A stretch of 64,000 nt of DNA, from positions 124,001-188,000 of the forward strand of contig JAIVFI010000007.1 in the NCBI GenBank assembly GCA_025558095.1, in the 5' to 3' direction. Shown here piece by piece: positions 35,161 to 47,500 of the stretch. Source of the stretch: Hyaloraphidium curvatum SAG 235-1. Taxonomy: Eukaryota > Fungi > Monoblepharomycota. Position 1 is the first letter of the stretch. Every line of letters starts with the position of its first letter. The position numbers and the translations under genes were made by a program. The notes below the pieces were generated by a model. It worked only from the letters and a program-made list of their open reading frames with translations. It searched no databases and was not told where the DNA came from.

Positions 35161-35699
35161 CGGCTCCAGACGTTTACTAGCATCTGGTCCTGAGCTCCAG
35201 ACCGGGCATCCCTGGCGGGCCGCTGCCTGGGACCCAAGCCGCGAGTGGGGACTTGCAGACCGTGCCAGTATCGTCGCGATATGCCAAGGCCTTGATGCTG
35301 GTGCTGAATCTACTGTAGCTCATCAGCCTGTCACGACAAGGGTAGTGAATCTGCTCGACGTTCTTGCCGACGTAGCGCTGCCCCGCTGCCCTCCTTCACC
35401 CCGATCCCCCGCGTGGGATGATTCTCTTCCGTGTTGAATAGGACGCGCGGAACGACCTCACAATGGTCCAGCGAAAGCAGTTCTTGAGCTCTGGAGCATG
35501 TTGCGGTTCGGGCACTCGGTCGCGGGTGTGGCCCCCTGGGGGATGTTGGACGGGGCAATAGGTGCTGTGGTGGCAAGGAGGCGGTGCGCGGGGGAGCACG
35601 CCCGGCGCAGCACAACATCCCTCACCTCGCTGCACATTGGTGGGCAGCTTTGGCCGTGTTCAGGTCGTCCTTGGCTGACTTCTTTGCCGCGACCCATGA

Positions 35700-36473
35700 A
35701 TGACGATGGAAGCCACATGGTCGATCCGTCGGACATCGCGCTCCCAACCAGCGGGACACCCATCCCTCATGAGGGTAGCTGCGACCGGTTCCGGATTGAA
35801 GGTCCTGCGGAGCGCTCGGAGCAACGTCTGCGAGCTCTCGATGAGGGCCCGCACCAGGCGATCGGGAGGTGGGGTGCGGATGCGACTACCCCGCAATCCC
35901 CGGAAGAACCGGTCAGGTGTCCGATGTACCACCTCTGCAACTACGAGGCAAGCGCGACCGAGCAGTCTGTCTCCGCTTCGATTGACCGCCTGTCGGCAGG
36001 GAACCCCCGAGGCCGTCGCACGCCATCGGAGCGACGCGCAGCTCCATCTCGACCTCGCGCTTTCGCTGCTGAGCTCCCGAGAGCGGATGCTTGTTGCCCT
36101 GGAGCTCCAGAGGGTCAACTTGGAGTCGGTCAATCGGGCTCTTTCGGCCCGCACCAGGGACGAGACGATTGAGCCGGCGGCGCCCCAAGCCACCCCAGCC
36201 CCGCCGGCGGTTCGCCACCGGCTGGACGACCTTCGGGACAACCGCAGGTCCATGAGCCGGCCCGAACGCGCTTTGGACGTCTCGTTCGGCGTCTTCCTCG
36301 CCTCCTTGGCGGTGTTTGTCATCTCTTGGTTCCTCCCAAAGAGCGAAGCCAGCAACTGGATCCTGATCGGGCTGGCCATCTTGCTCGTGATCGAGATCGT
36401 GGCCATATTCTTCCTGCACCAGGCCGTTGAGCGCTCGAGGCTGCGGCGCCAGACCCAAGTGCTGCCCCGTTAG
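35700..36473 (+). CDS. Hypothetical protein with two C-terminal TM helices (paralog A)
   Basis: VSFGVFLASLAVFVISWFL and WILIGLAILLVIEIVAIFFL; 5' region similar to 36667-36853. Confidence 0.55.
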   Translation: MTMEATWSIRRTSRSQPAGHPSLMRVAATGSGLKVLRSARSNVCELSMRARTRRSGGGVRMRLPRNPRKNRSGVRCTTSATTRQARPSSLSPLRLTACRQGTPEAVARHRSDAQLHLDLALSLLSSRERMLVALELQRVNLESVNRALSARTRDETIEPAAPQATPAPPAVRHRLDDLRDNRRSMSRPERALDVSFGVFLASLAVFVISWFLPKSEASNWILIGLAILLVIEIVAIFFLHQAVERSRLRRQTQVLPR

Positions 36474-36787
36474 GGCGGGAGGAGCGTGTAGACTTCGGCA
36501 GCGTCTGAGCGAAATGAAAGCAGGTACATGTACGCGCGAATCGATTAGGCAACGAGCGGATTGATCTAGTTGTGAGCACGAAAAGCATGTCGCGGCTCGG
36601 GCAGCCCGTTCGTGGATGTGATCCCAAGGGGACGGCGAAAAGGGAAAGGGACGAGCAGTGTGTGAGGCAGTGCGCGGGGGAGCACGCACGTGCACCTCCT
36701 GCACTATATACGTGTACAGCCGTTGTTCACTTGGCAAGCGGCCAATCTGTCCTTCTGTTACCTCTCTTGCGCCGGGCGATGAGCGGA

Positions 36788-37197
36788 TGGGGAAGCCACA
36801 TGGCGGACCCGCCGGACCCCGCGTACCCAACCAGCGGGACGCCCATCCCTCACGCTGAAGGCAATCGGGCTCACGAACGAGAACGCGGAGCTCCTGGACA
36901 AGACTGCGCGGCTCGTGGAGAAGGAGATCGTTTTCGTGAAGCGCGAAACGGAGCTGCTCGGGACGATCGGAGACCTCAGGACCGAGCGCCTGGCCGACGT
37001 CCGCCGCGAGGGACGTGGCGCGGCTCGCCGTCGAGCGCAACGAGGCCTACGTCAGGCGCAAGGAGGCCCACGTCGAGCGCAACGAGGCCCAGGAGGCGCA
37101 GATCCGGCTTCTGAAGGAGCTGAACAGATGGTACTGGGCGGCATGCCTGGCCATCTGGGCGGCGGTTTTCGCGCTCGTCTACTGGAGGTTCTGCTAG
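36788..37197 (+). pseudogene. Coiled-coil tail-anchored protein (paralog B), frameshifted
   Basis: Coiled coil then WYWAACLAIWAAVFALVYW; frame breaks near 36790 and 37010. Confidence 0.5.
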
Positions 37198-37250
37198 AAT
37201 GCACGTTCTCCACGAGACTCTTGTTCGTCGATCAGCGGACGGTGTAGCAA

Positions 37251-38750
37251 CTAGGCAATCTCATCCGGCACCCGCCCGCCCCCCTCCGACGCCGCGATCC
37301 TCCTCGCCAGCTCCATCACCGACCCCTCCACCGCCATCTTCCGGTCCTCGATCGGCGCCAGCACTGCCGAAAGCTCCGCGGCCTCGGCGGCGAGCCGGTC
37401 CCGCTCGGCCACCAGCTCCTCAGGCTCCCGGGCATGGCCGGCGGGGTCGCGGGCCAGGCACTCGCGGATAGCGCCGAACGTCCCCCGGGCCTCGCGGACC
37501 TCGTCCACGCGCATCACGCGGCCCTCCTCAAACGGCAACCGGGGCTCCCTGATGGGTTCCATCCCCGCCGCAACCAGCGCCGCGTTGGTCCGCATCCAGA
37601 TCCTGCCCTCCAGGTCGCCGACCCTTTCCTTGAGCTCCGCCTTCCGCGCCAACAGCGCAATGCCCGCGCGCTGCAGCTCCTCTTTGGTAGCAAACAGCTC
37701 CCGCAGCCTGCCGCGGGGCGACTCGCTGGGCGGCATCGGCGGGGCGTCGTCGCAGGGAAGAGGGGGTGCGGGGTAGCCGGCGACGAGCATGAAGGTGCGG
37801 AGGTCGCAGGTGATGCCCGAGGGGTACTTGGGCAGGACGTTGGTGCTGAACCGCGTGGCGAGTGGGTCGCCAGGTCCGCGGCCAAGGTCGATGGTGAAAG
37901 AGGAGACCGAAGCGATGGCGAAGCCGGCGGCGAGGAGTGCGGGGGCCCGCCACAGGGGACGTTCGGTCACGATCCATTGCTCAGGGTGCTTCTGAACCGG
38001 AGTGGAGGCCCGAAAGTCGATGCGCACGAGCTTGTCCCCTCGGCGGTCCGCCGATTGTGCCTTTGCCTCCCGCAGAACACGTCGGGCAGTCAACCGCTCG
38101 TCCTCAGCAGGGCATGTTGCACCAGAGGCAAAATGCAGCTCGACCTGGAACTGTCCGCCGAAGAGCTCCATGAGGAACTTCGTCGTTGGTTCCTCCGGAT
38201 TGCGCGCGGCTCTCTGCAGCGGAAAGAGCGGCGCGCTCGGCGGTGCCCTGAGCGAGCAAGCTCCCGCGGTTTGCAAATCTTCGAGCAGCGAGACGAGCGA
38301 GACGTCCTGCGCGCTTTGGCCGAGAGCTCGGTTCCACAGCAACTCGGCCAGGAGAAAACTCAAAGCCGCGTCCGGTCCAGGGCTCGATGCGACGGCTATC
38401 GACGCCTTTACCGCCACAGAATCGAATGTTGCGATATCAAAGGGCCCATCGACGACGAGCAAGGTCTCCGCAGCGCGGCCGGAAGTGGCGAGCACGGCTG
38501 CCACGTTTACCGCGCAGTCCGCCACCCCCGGCCCGCCCACGAGGTGCACCAGCTCAAAACCTGCTGGCTCCGCGTCCCCGGATTTCTCGCGCAAGGCGTC
38601 CGCAAGCTCCTCGGGGCCGGCGGTGGCAGCCAACGCGGACCTCCCGAATCCGAAGGCGCTTTCGAGCACCAGGGCCAGCAGCTCGGCCGCGTCCGCGGCC
38701 ATCGGGGACTCCGAGGGCGTGCCGGCCACGATGGACGTGATTCGCGGCAT
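37251..38750 (-). CDS. Uncharacterised protein with C-terminal coiled coil
   Basis: About 500-codon uninterrupted frame with coding-like bias. Confidence 0.6.
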   Translation of the reverse strand: MPRITSIVAGTPSESPMAADAAELLALVLESAFGFGRSALAATAGPEELADALREKSGDAEPAGFELVHLVGGPGVADCAVNVAAVLATSGRAAETLLVVDGPFDIATFDSVAVKASIAVASSPGPDAALSFLLAELLWNRALGQSAQDVSLVSLLEDLQTAGACSLRAPPSAPLFPLQRAARNPEEPTTKFLMELFGGQFQVELHFASGATCPAEDERLTARRVLREAKAQSADRRGDKLVRIDFRASTPVQKHPEQWIVTERPLWRAPALLAAGFAIASVSSFTIDLGRGPGDPLATRFSTNVLPKYPSGITCDLRTFMLVAGYPAPPLPCDDAPPMPPSESPRGRLRELFATKEELQRAGIALLARKAELKERVGDLEGRIWMRTNAALVAAGMEPIREPRLPFEEGRVMRVDEVREARGTFGAIRECLARDPAGHAREPEELVAERDRLAAEAAELSAVLAPIEDRKMAVEGSVMELARRIAASEGGGRVPDEIA

Positions 38751-38932
38751 TCTGCGCTCAGAATCAGGGCGAAAATTGTGTTGAGAGTTGGAGTTTCTGC
38801 GCCTGCGCAGCCGCACAGCCCTCCGTCCGACTCAGCTGAAGCCATACGCGTCAAGACGGAGTGAGCTATCTCTGTTGGGAAGCATTGCAGAAAAAGAGTA
38901 CGGATCTCAAGTCTTGGCATCCTCGCCTGTCC

Positions 38933-40031
38933 TCAAATCTTGGCATCCGTCCGCCTGTCCTTCTGCACCCGCGTCCGGAACCGGTCATTGATCTCCTTGG
39001 CCTCGCGCGACGTCAGCACCATGATCTGATTGGAGTCTTCGCTGGTGATTGCCGCACGCAGCGGGGCACCGTCCGCGTTCAGGTTCAGCTGGGACTTGGT
39101 GACGAAGAGCCCGGCGTGGGACATCTGCAGCATGTCCCGGGCGATCTCGCGGCCCTCTGCCTCGAGCTGCTCCGGGGGCACGATGTCGCTGACGACGCCG
39201 GTCCGCAGACACCGTTCTGCAGGGGGGAAGGATGAGAAGCTGGGGCTTGCGGTTGGCGACGACGGAACGAACCGGCTCGGAGCCAGCGGAACGTCAACAT
39301 GAGCTCCGCGGCCGCGGCGGGTCCGGCGGTACGAGGAAGAAGGTATCCCAGCCCGATGTCGGCGCCCCCGGCGCCCATCCGGTTTGCTCCCTGGCCGCAA
39401 GAGTACAGTTCAGAAGGTATCTCGATGGTCCAGTAAACCGGACTCACAACAGAGATCTCGAGAGTCGGGTCCCCGATCCGCACGTCCCCCGCGAGGGCGT
39501 AGGCGAGCCCGCTGCCGATCGCCTTGCCCTTCATGAGCGTAATGATCGGCTGCGGGATCTGCCGGAGCTTCAGCGTAAGCAGGCTCAGCTTCCTGGGGGT
39601 ACAAGATCAGTCTTGAGCCCCCGCGAGTCGGAGCAGCGACTCACCGCTGGTTGAAGTAGGAGTCCGCCGTGTCTACCGGTCCACCCTTGTAGACGCTGTC
39701 GAAATCGAGCCCCGCGCTGAAGTTTTTGCCTGTGTCCGCTTCAGTTTGGGGTCTCCCTATCCCGAGGATGTCCGCGGTGCCCACCCTCGGCCGCCAGCAC
39801 GACAACCCGGATCTGGCGGTCCAGGAGGAGCTCATCGAGGATGTTGTGGAGGGTGTTGTACATCTCCTGAGTAATGGCATTGACTTTGGACGGCCGGTTC
39901 AACTTGATCCAGAGCACGCGCCCGTCCTCCTCGACGTTGAGCACCAGGCCGTCGCAATCGAAGCGGGCGTAGCGTTCCGAGGCCGGGGCGCTGAGCGGAT
40001 CGAGCACATCGCCAATCCGCTCCTTCGCCAT
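38933..40031 (-). CDS. Enoyl-CoA hydratase/isomerase (crotonase) family, spliced
   Basis: IKLNRPSKVNAIT, FSAGLDF, AIGSGLAYALAGDVRI, GLGYLLPR. Confidence 0.88.
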
Positions 40032-40105
40032 TGTGAGACAGACGCAGATACCGGCGTGGGAGACGCGTCGTGATTGCGCGGCGTCGGGGGACGGTCGGCC
40101 CGCGA

Positions 40106-41245
40106 ATGCTTCGCTTGTCGAGGAGGGTGGCCAATCCCGCGTTCCGCCAACTCCGCCGCTACGGAATGGCCGTCCGCACGCCGCTCACCGGCGCGAACGC
40201 GTCGCGCGAGGTCGACACGGTGCCCGCGGGGGTGGATCCGACAGGGCGGTTCTCGGTTCGCGCCGAACTCTACCGCCTCCACCGCCCGACGTACCCCGGG
40301 GAGCAGATCCTGCCGATGCTCGTGCAAGAATGCGCGCTCGGGGACGCGATCGCGTCGGGATCGGGGCCCGTCGCGGTCGCGGATGTTGGCTCGGGAACCG
40401 GAATCTCGACCAAGCTTTTCCTCACATCGCCGTCGATGAAGGAGGCGCTAGAAGGGGCAGGCCGGAGCATGATTGTCTACGGCGTGGAGCCGAACGCGCC
40501 GATGAGACAAGGCGCCGAGGAGGACTTGCGAGAGCACGAGGTGCCCGCGGACGGGAGCGCGCTCGAGGTCGGACATGTCTACTTCAAGAGCATTGACGGA
40601 TCGGCGGAACAAACGGGTCTGCCGGACAGCAGCATCGACATGATTGTTGCTTTTCAGGTCTGACCCCTCTTGTGTCGACCGCCGGCGGAGCCATTGCTGA
40701 CTTCTCGCCATTTCTCCCTTCGGAACCGCTCCTTCCAGGCCGGTCACTGGTTCGAATCGCAGCAGACCATCGCCGAATTCCGCCGCATCCTCCGCCGCGG
40801 CTCCGGCAAGCCCAACCTTGCCCTGGCCTGGAACACCCGCCCCCCGCCCGACCCCGCCTCGGAATCCGAGGTCCTCGGCATGCAGATCCACGAGCGCCAC
40901 CGCATGCACGACGCCGGCGGGGCACAGGCTTCGAGTGCCGAGCGGCACACCCGGATCGCCAACGCGCTGTTCGGACCGCCGCCGGCCGGGGGCAAGCCGA
41001 CCTACGAGGTCAGGACGTTCCCGCACGCGCTGCCGTTCACGCTCGAGGGGGTCAAGGGGTTCTGGCACTCGATTTCGTTCATGCCGCAGGCGGGCACGGA
41101 GGCGGGCGACGCGCTGGATGCGGAACTTGGGCGGTTGTTCGATATGGTCGTGGCGGAGCAGAAGAAGCCAGAGAACGAGGGCAAGGACCGGGACCAGGTC
41201 GTGGACCTGAAATTCGAGACTTATGTATTCTTCGGTGTGATCTGA
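40106..41245 (+). CDS. Class I SAM-dependent methyltransferase, possible mitochondrial presequence
   Basis: RFS..AELY..HRPTYP, VADVGSGTG, GVEPNAPM, GSAEQTGLPDSSID; intron 40658-40738; Arg-rich N-terminus. Confidence 0.85.
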
Positions 41246-41525
41246 AGGGATCTGCCGATGAGATAGTTTGGTTTGCCGGTGGTTGTGATCGTAACGAATG
41301 ACAAACGCTGTGTCAGCGGTGCAGCGTGTCCTGCGTCCTGCAGCCCTTTCCGCCCGCTGCAATGCAGAGGCTGCAGGACTGCAGCGAACGCGGAAACAAC
41401 ATTCCAAAGATGCTGCACAGGAGCACGCAGTCGGGATATAAGCGGCTCGGCCCCCCGGGGCGGCTCCCAGCACCAGCGACTCGGCCAACGCTCGACCAGC
41501 TTCGCTCCCTCCCACCCGCCCCGCG

Positions 41526-44500
41526 ATGAAGCACGCCTTCGCCGCCGCCCTCGCGGCCCTCCTGCTGGTCCTTGCGACCCTCTCCCCGGCCCGCGCGGCC
41601 CCCGTCGACGACGCCCGGCTGCTCGAGAAGCGCGCCCCCGCCATCCCGATCGACCAGATCAAGATCCTCGACGTTTCGTACGGAGGCACGGGCTGTCCTG
41701 CTGGGTCGGCGGCTTGGACCATTTCGGAGGACAAGACGGCGCTCACGGTGATCTACGACAACTTCATCGCGAGCGCCGGCCAGAACGTCTCGTACACCGA
41801 GTGGGTCTCACAACAACCCGGCGCTCCCGACGTGCATTCGCTGACCCTGATTGATCGTCTGCAGGAACCGCAAATTCTGTCAGCTCTCCGTCAAGATGAA
41901 GTTCCCTCAGGGCCTCACCTTCAGCCTCCACGAGCTCATCGCCCGCGGCAGCGTCCAGCTCGACGATGGCACCTGGGGCAAGCACCAGAGCCTGTGGTAC
42001 TTCAGCGGCGAGCGCAGGCAGGCTGTGTACGCGTCATCGCCCGCCCACCGACCTAGACATAGACCCGATACCCCCATTCTCCTGTCGTCTCGCCCCGGTC
42101 TCTGACGTGGTGCTGCACTCCTGGCAGCCCCGTCCTCAATCAGGCCCGACGGTTCGTCGGCCTGACAGAAGCCAGCCATGGCCCGATGTAGCCTAGCTGG
42201 CCGTTGACTGAAAGGCATGTATAGAGGACAGAGATCCCGGCTACATCGCTGCGCTGCCCCGCATGTTCGGATGGTCCGGCATCTTGTTTTCCGAAACAAT
42301 GAACGCGGGCGCGTGTCGGTCTCTTTCCCTGAAATCGTCGTACTCCTCCTCCTCAACATAGCTTCGGTACTGCGCAAGCTGCCGCTTGTCGGCCTCTGAA
42401 CATGTGTGCGAAAGGGCCGAAAGTGGGATCGCCGCGCAGTCTGGGCATTTACGGAGTCCGAGGACAAGGAGCTTCCCGACATCGCACTCGGCGCGATCTT
42501 GGACGTCATGGGCTCCGGCAAGGTGGCCCATGAGGTCGCCCAGATCGCGGAGGGCCGCATCGCATCCAGGAGCCGGGCACGCGAGGCCATCGCCAGGGGC
42601 GTTTGCGGCAGCCGGCGGAGATCTCGACGCGTGCGACGCAGCCCACGTGATGAAGATCACCGGTTCAGCGGCAGGGAAAGCGGGATTCTGGGGCTGTTGG
42701 CTTGCCATGGCAGGCGACGTGCCGGAGAAGCCGACAAGCGACTGCCTTGATGACTCGGCATTTACTCAAAGGGCACAGCTGAAACAAGAGTCGTACAGCT
42801 GAAAGAAGAGATCGTACACTATGGAACTCAAGCCTTCTTGGGTTTCTTGGCCGCCCTTTCCTCCTCCTTCCGCTTCTTCTTCTCCTCCTTCTCCCGCTCC
42901 TTCTCCTTGGCCTTGCGCTTCCTCTCCTCCTCCTTCAGCCTCTTCTCCTCCTCCCTCTCCCTCTTCTTGTCCTCCTTCTCCCGCTCCTTCTCCTCCTTCT
43001 TGGCCTCCCTGGCCGCCTTCCGGGCCTGCGCGGCCTCCTTGTCGGCCTGCTCCTGTAAAACCGCCAGTCAAGGCTCGCAGCTTGCGGCGAAGCAAGTCAC
43101 ACTGACCTTCAGCAGGATCTCCGCGACGATCCTCTGGGCCTCGGTGATCTGCTCCACCGGCGACATGTTGAAAAAGGTCTCCACCGCGGCGTTGTCGCCG
43201 CGGTAGTCGACGCCGTAGTACGTGAAACTTCCCTGCAGCACAGATGTCATGGTGGTGAACACAGCACGGAAGGACGAACGTACGGTCGCGAAGAACTCCT
43301 CTACAAGAGGGGCGAAGTCCTTCCCGATCCCGTCGACATCCATGGCGCGGCCGGGGAGGAGCTGGCCTTTGTAGTTGAGGAGGCCCCGCGCCGCGGCCTT
43401 GCAGGCCCCGAGGCGCTTCCTGATGGCTCCATGGCGGTCATGCGCCAGGTGGGCCGCGAACATGCGCCGCCCCATCTCGAGGAACGCGGCGTGGGCGCCG
43501 TACTACTGCGTGTATTCCCCGTAGAACTGGTGCGTGCGGGTCGTCAAGGACCCTGCATCTGCTTTTGCGGCACATTCTCACGGTGGCCATGTTGTGTTGG
43601 ACGGGAAGGCGAACGGTGCGTTGAGTTTTCCGATGGAATGGGTGTCGGTGACGGTGCGTGCGTGTGACTCGCTCCTCCCGCTCCATTCAAATCGTCCGCT
43701 CAAATCGGGCCCACAGAGCAAACCACGGTCGCAATGGCCCACCACGGGCTGCGGAAGATCACCGAGGAAGACATGCCGACCAGTCTCCGTGTGCCGGACA
43801 CCGTCTGGGTGGGCCGCTCGCCAGCTCCGGAAACCCGGTCGTTGACAGTCCATTCCCCGATTTTGAACGCCAAGGAGGCTGGTCGGGCGGGAGCACCGGA
43901 GATGCGATGTATGGGCACGACCAAGGACGAGTACAAGTTCTGCCCGAGCGAAGGGGACGTTGTCCTGGTACGTTGGCGCTCCCATGCGTCGGGAGAGCCA
44001 GGTCCTGACGTGCTCACAGCCCGGCACGGTCCTCCTCGGACACGGATACACGGATACCGGCGGCGCGTATCACTTCGACGGTCGGGAGCTTGCGTGCGTC
44101 CCGCCCGCCGTCGTCGTTATGCTACCCAGGGACCCCGCGCGGCTCATCGGATTCACCAACCTATCGGCGGAGGCGCGTATCTACCTGCGTTTGCGCTGGC
44201 GCGCTTTCCTGCTGACCGCGCTTTCTTCCCTCAGGCCCAGGCGAGGGTGAGGCGCCTCTGCGAAAGGCGTGAGAACCCCGATTTCAGGTCCACGCACCGC
44301 GCATACCTGACCGGGCAGGACAACGACGATGAGGAACTCGATGCGTAGCTACGGATTTGGAACGTTTAATTGCGCGCAGTAGCATAGGACGTGGTCTTAC
44401 TTCCTTAGAACGTGCAATGTCTAGGCCGATCATCCGCTTGTCGGGGGTTTGGCCGCGAGGTAGGTCGTGATTTGGTTGCACATGTCGACAAACTCGTTCT

Positions 44501-47500
44501 CGAACACCGCGTTTAGGGGTGGTTTCGGCAGCTTAGCTTCGGGGAACTTGCTTAGGAGATGCGCGGGCGGCGGGGTGAGGTCCTGGGCGAGGTGAGGCCA
44601 CACCTCCGTGATCATGTTCCGACTCTGACAGCAAAAATCCGATTGCCATGACTTCACCGACACTCTCAATTGACGAGCTGATCTCGGTGCACGGCTGACC
44701 TTTTTCAAGTCCCTGAGGAGAATGGCGTGAGCAACGGCCAATAAAGGCGGCCGAAAGGGGGCCACCATTTGGGGTCGTGACGGCAATGTAGTCGAGACTG
44801 GGCTCGAGAACAGTCTTCTTGGTCGTTCTGTGCCGGGCACAACCGGGGAGCGCGCGACGCTGAATTGCACGATTCTGTACCACACGGCGTCGGGTGCTGG
44901 TAGATTGATTACTGTTGTTGACCGCGTACCTCCGCGCACGCGCTACCGCTCTACCGCTCCGTCATTCTGAGTCTCCGATCGGCGCAATGACGAGCTCTTT
45001 TTCTATCGAATCGCGGCGTGGTCGTGTCGACCGGGACGAGACCATCGCTCCGCTCGAAACTTGTGGGTGACGGTACGTCGGGCCTCGTACGCGCGCTGAG
45101 TCCCCGACAGTAGCTACGCATACATCTACAGTTCGTCAACCCTGCCGAATCATCCACCCGCCTACACCATGCTCCTCGTTCATTCGCCTAACGAAGGCGG
45201 CAAACTCGTCCGTGTTGGTGTTGTAAGCGCGGTTGCGCCAGTTCACGGCCGCGATCGGGTCCGACAAAGCGGGAGCCGGAAAAGAACCCGAAACGAGGAT
45301 CGGCGGCGGCACAAAAACCCGCTCTCGACCCGTGGTACGAGCTGGGCGAGGCAGCGGGTTCATCGGCGGGCTGTTGGTGAGGAACACCTCGAACTCGGCA
45401 GCCGTCATCTCCTCCTCCTCGTCGATGGGGGCGGGCGCGCCTTCCGACCCCCAGAAGATGCCGTCGTCCCCTTTTCCGGCCGCGGCCGGCGGCCCATCGT
45501 TGCCATCATCGCTCGTGCCGACGGGAGCCGCCGCTTCCAGGGCGCCACGCCGCCGTCGCTGCCGCTCCTTCCACCCTGGCTTCTTCTTCCCCACTCGGCC
45601 CTTCCCTCGGGGCATCCCCCGGGATCTCTTCCGCGGCGAAGCATGCACAGGGTCAGGAATCTGCAAGGCCGGCCGGCGAGGATCTCCCAGCAGAAAAGGG
45701 ACGGGAGGCGGTGTGGGAGGAGTCGCGAGCCGGGGAGATGGCGAGGCGGGAGGCGACAGCGGAAATGGCGCCATGGGGTTGGGGAAAGACGCGGGAACGA
45801 AGTTGCCGTTGTTCATCGAAATGGGGGCGCGTTGCTGTCGCGGCGCGGTTGCGTGTCTGCGGCCCGCTGTCCGCGCGTGATGGACCGCTGACGTGGACGA
45901 CCTTGCACCCCAGCATTCGGCGACCCGCACGCCGTCCGGACAAGAGCGGCACCATGTCGAAGCGCAGGCGTGGGAAGGAGGCCGAGCCGGTGCCCAAGGC
46001 GACGGACGGAGCTGCGGACGACGAGGACAAGGAGGCCAAATCTGCGGAAGCCCCGCCTGCAAAACGGTACGTGCCAAATGGAGGAAAGCCGGCCTCTGCG
46101 GGCCCGGTCCGATTCAGCTGCGGGATGTTCTCGGAACTCCCTGCGCGGAAAGGGTCGGGTTTGCGGCGGTTTGGCGGGGTCGGAGGGCCGAGTCGAGCCA
46201 GCGCCGATGCGCGGGGCCCGGGAGCGGAGAGACCGGCGGACCGGCCGGTCGAAGAAGCCCTTCCAACGGGCGATGTGAAGCAGGCGATTGGTGGTCTCTG
46301 CACGCCATACATACTGGCCGTTGCCGCCCATGTGAACGCGTGCTGCGTTCGGGACCAGGATGGAGCATGAGCGGCACGGATTAGGGCCCGAGCCGTGGCA
46401 ACCAATCAGCCGTGGAATGCATCTGGGCTGATGTAGAAGGTCGGGCTAACGGAACCTTCTTGCCAGGAGGGCCACGAGGAGTGCGGCCGCGTTGCACCCC
46501 GAGGATCCAAACCTTCAGCCCACCACGGCGAAGCTGCCGCCTGAAAAAGCTCAGCCGAGAGTCAATAAAGGTCCGTGCGCCTTTCCTGCCTGCGATTTCG
46601 ACACAGAGTACTTCGTGGTGCGCGAGTTTCCCGCCGATGAGGGAGAACCACCGGCGCGTGTCCAATTATGCGAACGCCACTGGCACAACGTGCAGACCAT
46701 CCAAAAACGCGACGGTCTTGTTTTATCGTTCAAGAAAACATTGGCAGCTATCGACAGGAAGAACGCGGCACGTCGTCCCAACACCGGCTGTGGGGTTACG
46801 GACCGGCACGGAGTTCCCTGCCACAACTTCGGGTACGTTCTACCAACCTTTCTCGCATTTTTTTTGGGGGCTAAGTGCATACCACAGGAAACCTGGCCAT
46901 AATGAAGGCTGGGACGAAGCCAGCGCGATCATGCGATGCGCTTCGTGCCGGTTGGCAGACAGAAGACCAGGCGGGGATTTTGCTTTCCAGGACCGCCTGC
47001 CGCAGCACCGCGAAGTCATTTGCATCGTGTGCAAGAGCCCGTGTGGAGGGCAAACGGGCATTCGACGTGTTACCCCGGAACTAGTCGTTCTGATTGCAAA
47101 GGCACGCCCAGGCGAGGTTGTCCCGCCTGATGCGGTGGCCTGCCAAACGTGCTACAGTAGGGCACAAAACGGAAAGCCGTTGAATCCGTGGAAGCAGAGG
47201 CGAGGCAAGGATTGGTCTGGCCCCATTCAAAATGCCAGGCCACGTCCGGATTCCAGCAAGCGTCCCGCAACCTTCGCAAAGCAACCCGGTTGTTCTTCGG
47301 TGTTTCTCCTAACACATCTCTTCGGCCTCATGGATTCCAAGGACTGGTACAACAACACCCTGGAGATGCAGAAAGCAGTCCTCGGCTTGAAGGACAGACA
47401 CATCGTCTTCATGGGACGAGAGGACGACGAGGACAATGGTTCGGGCCAGCGGCACGCGTTCCTAGATGTCCGCGGCGTGACGCCGGCTGCCCATCAAGCT

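Noticed and set aside
42840-43050. CT-rich microsatellite-like tract
   Set aside because: Explained by Lys/Glu codons on the minus strand
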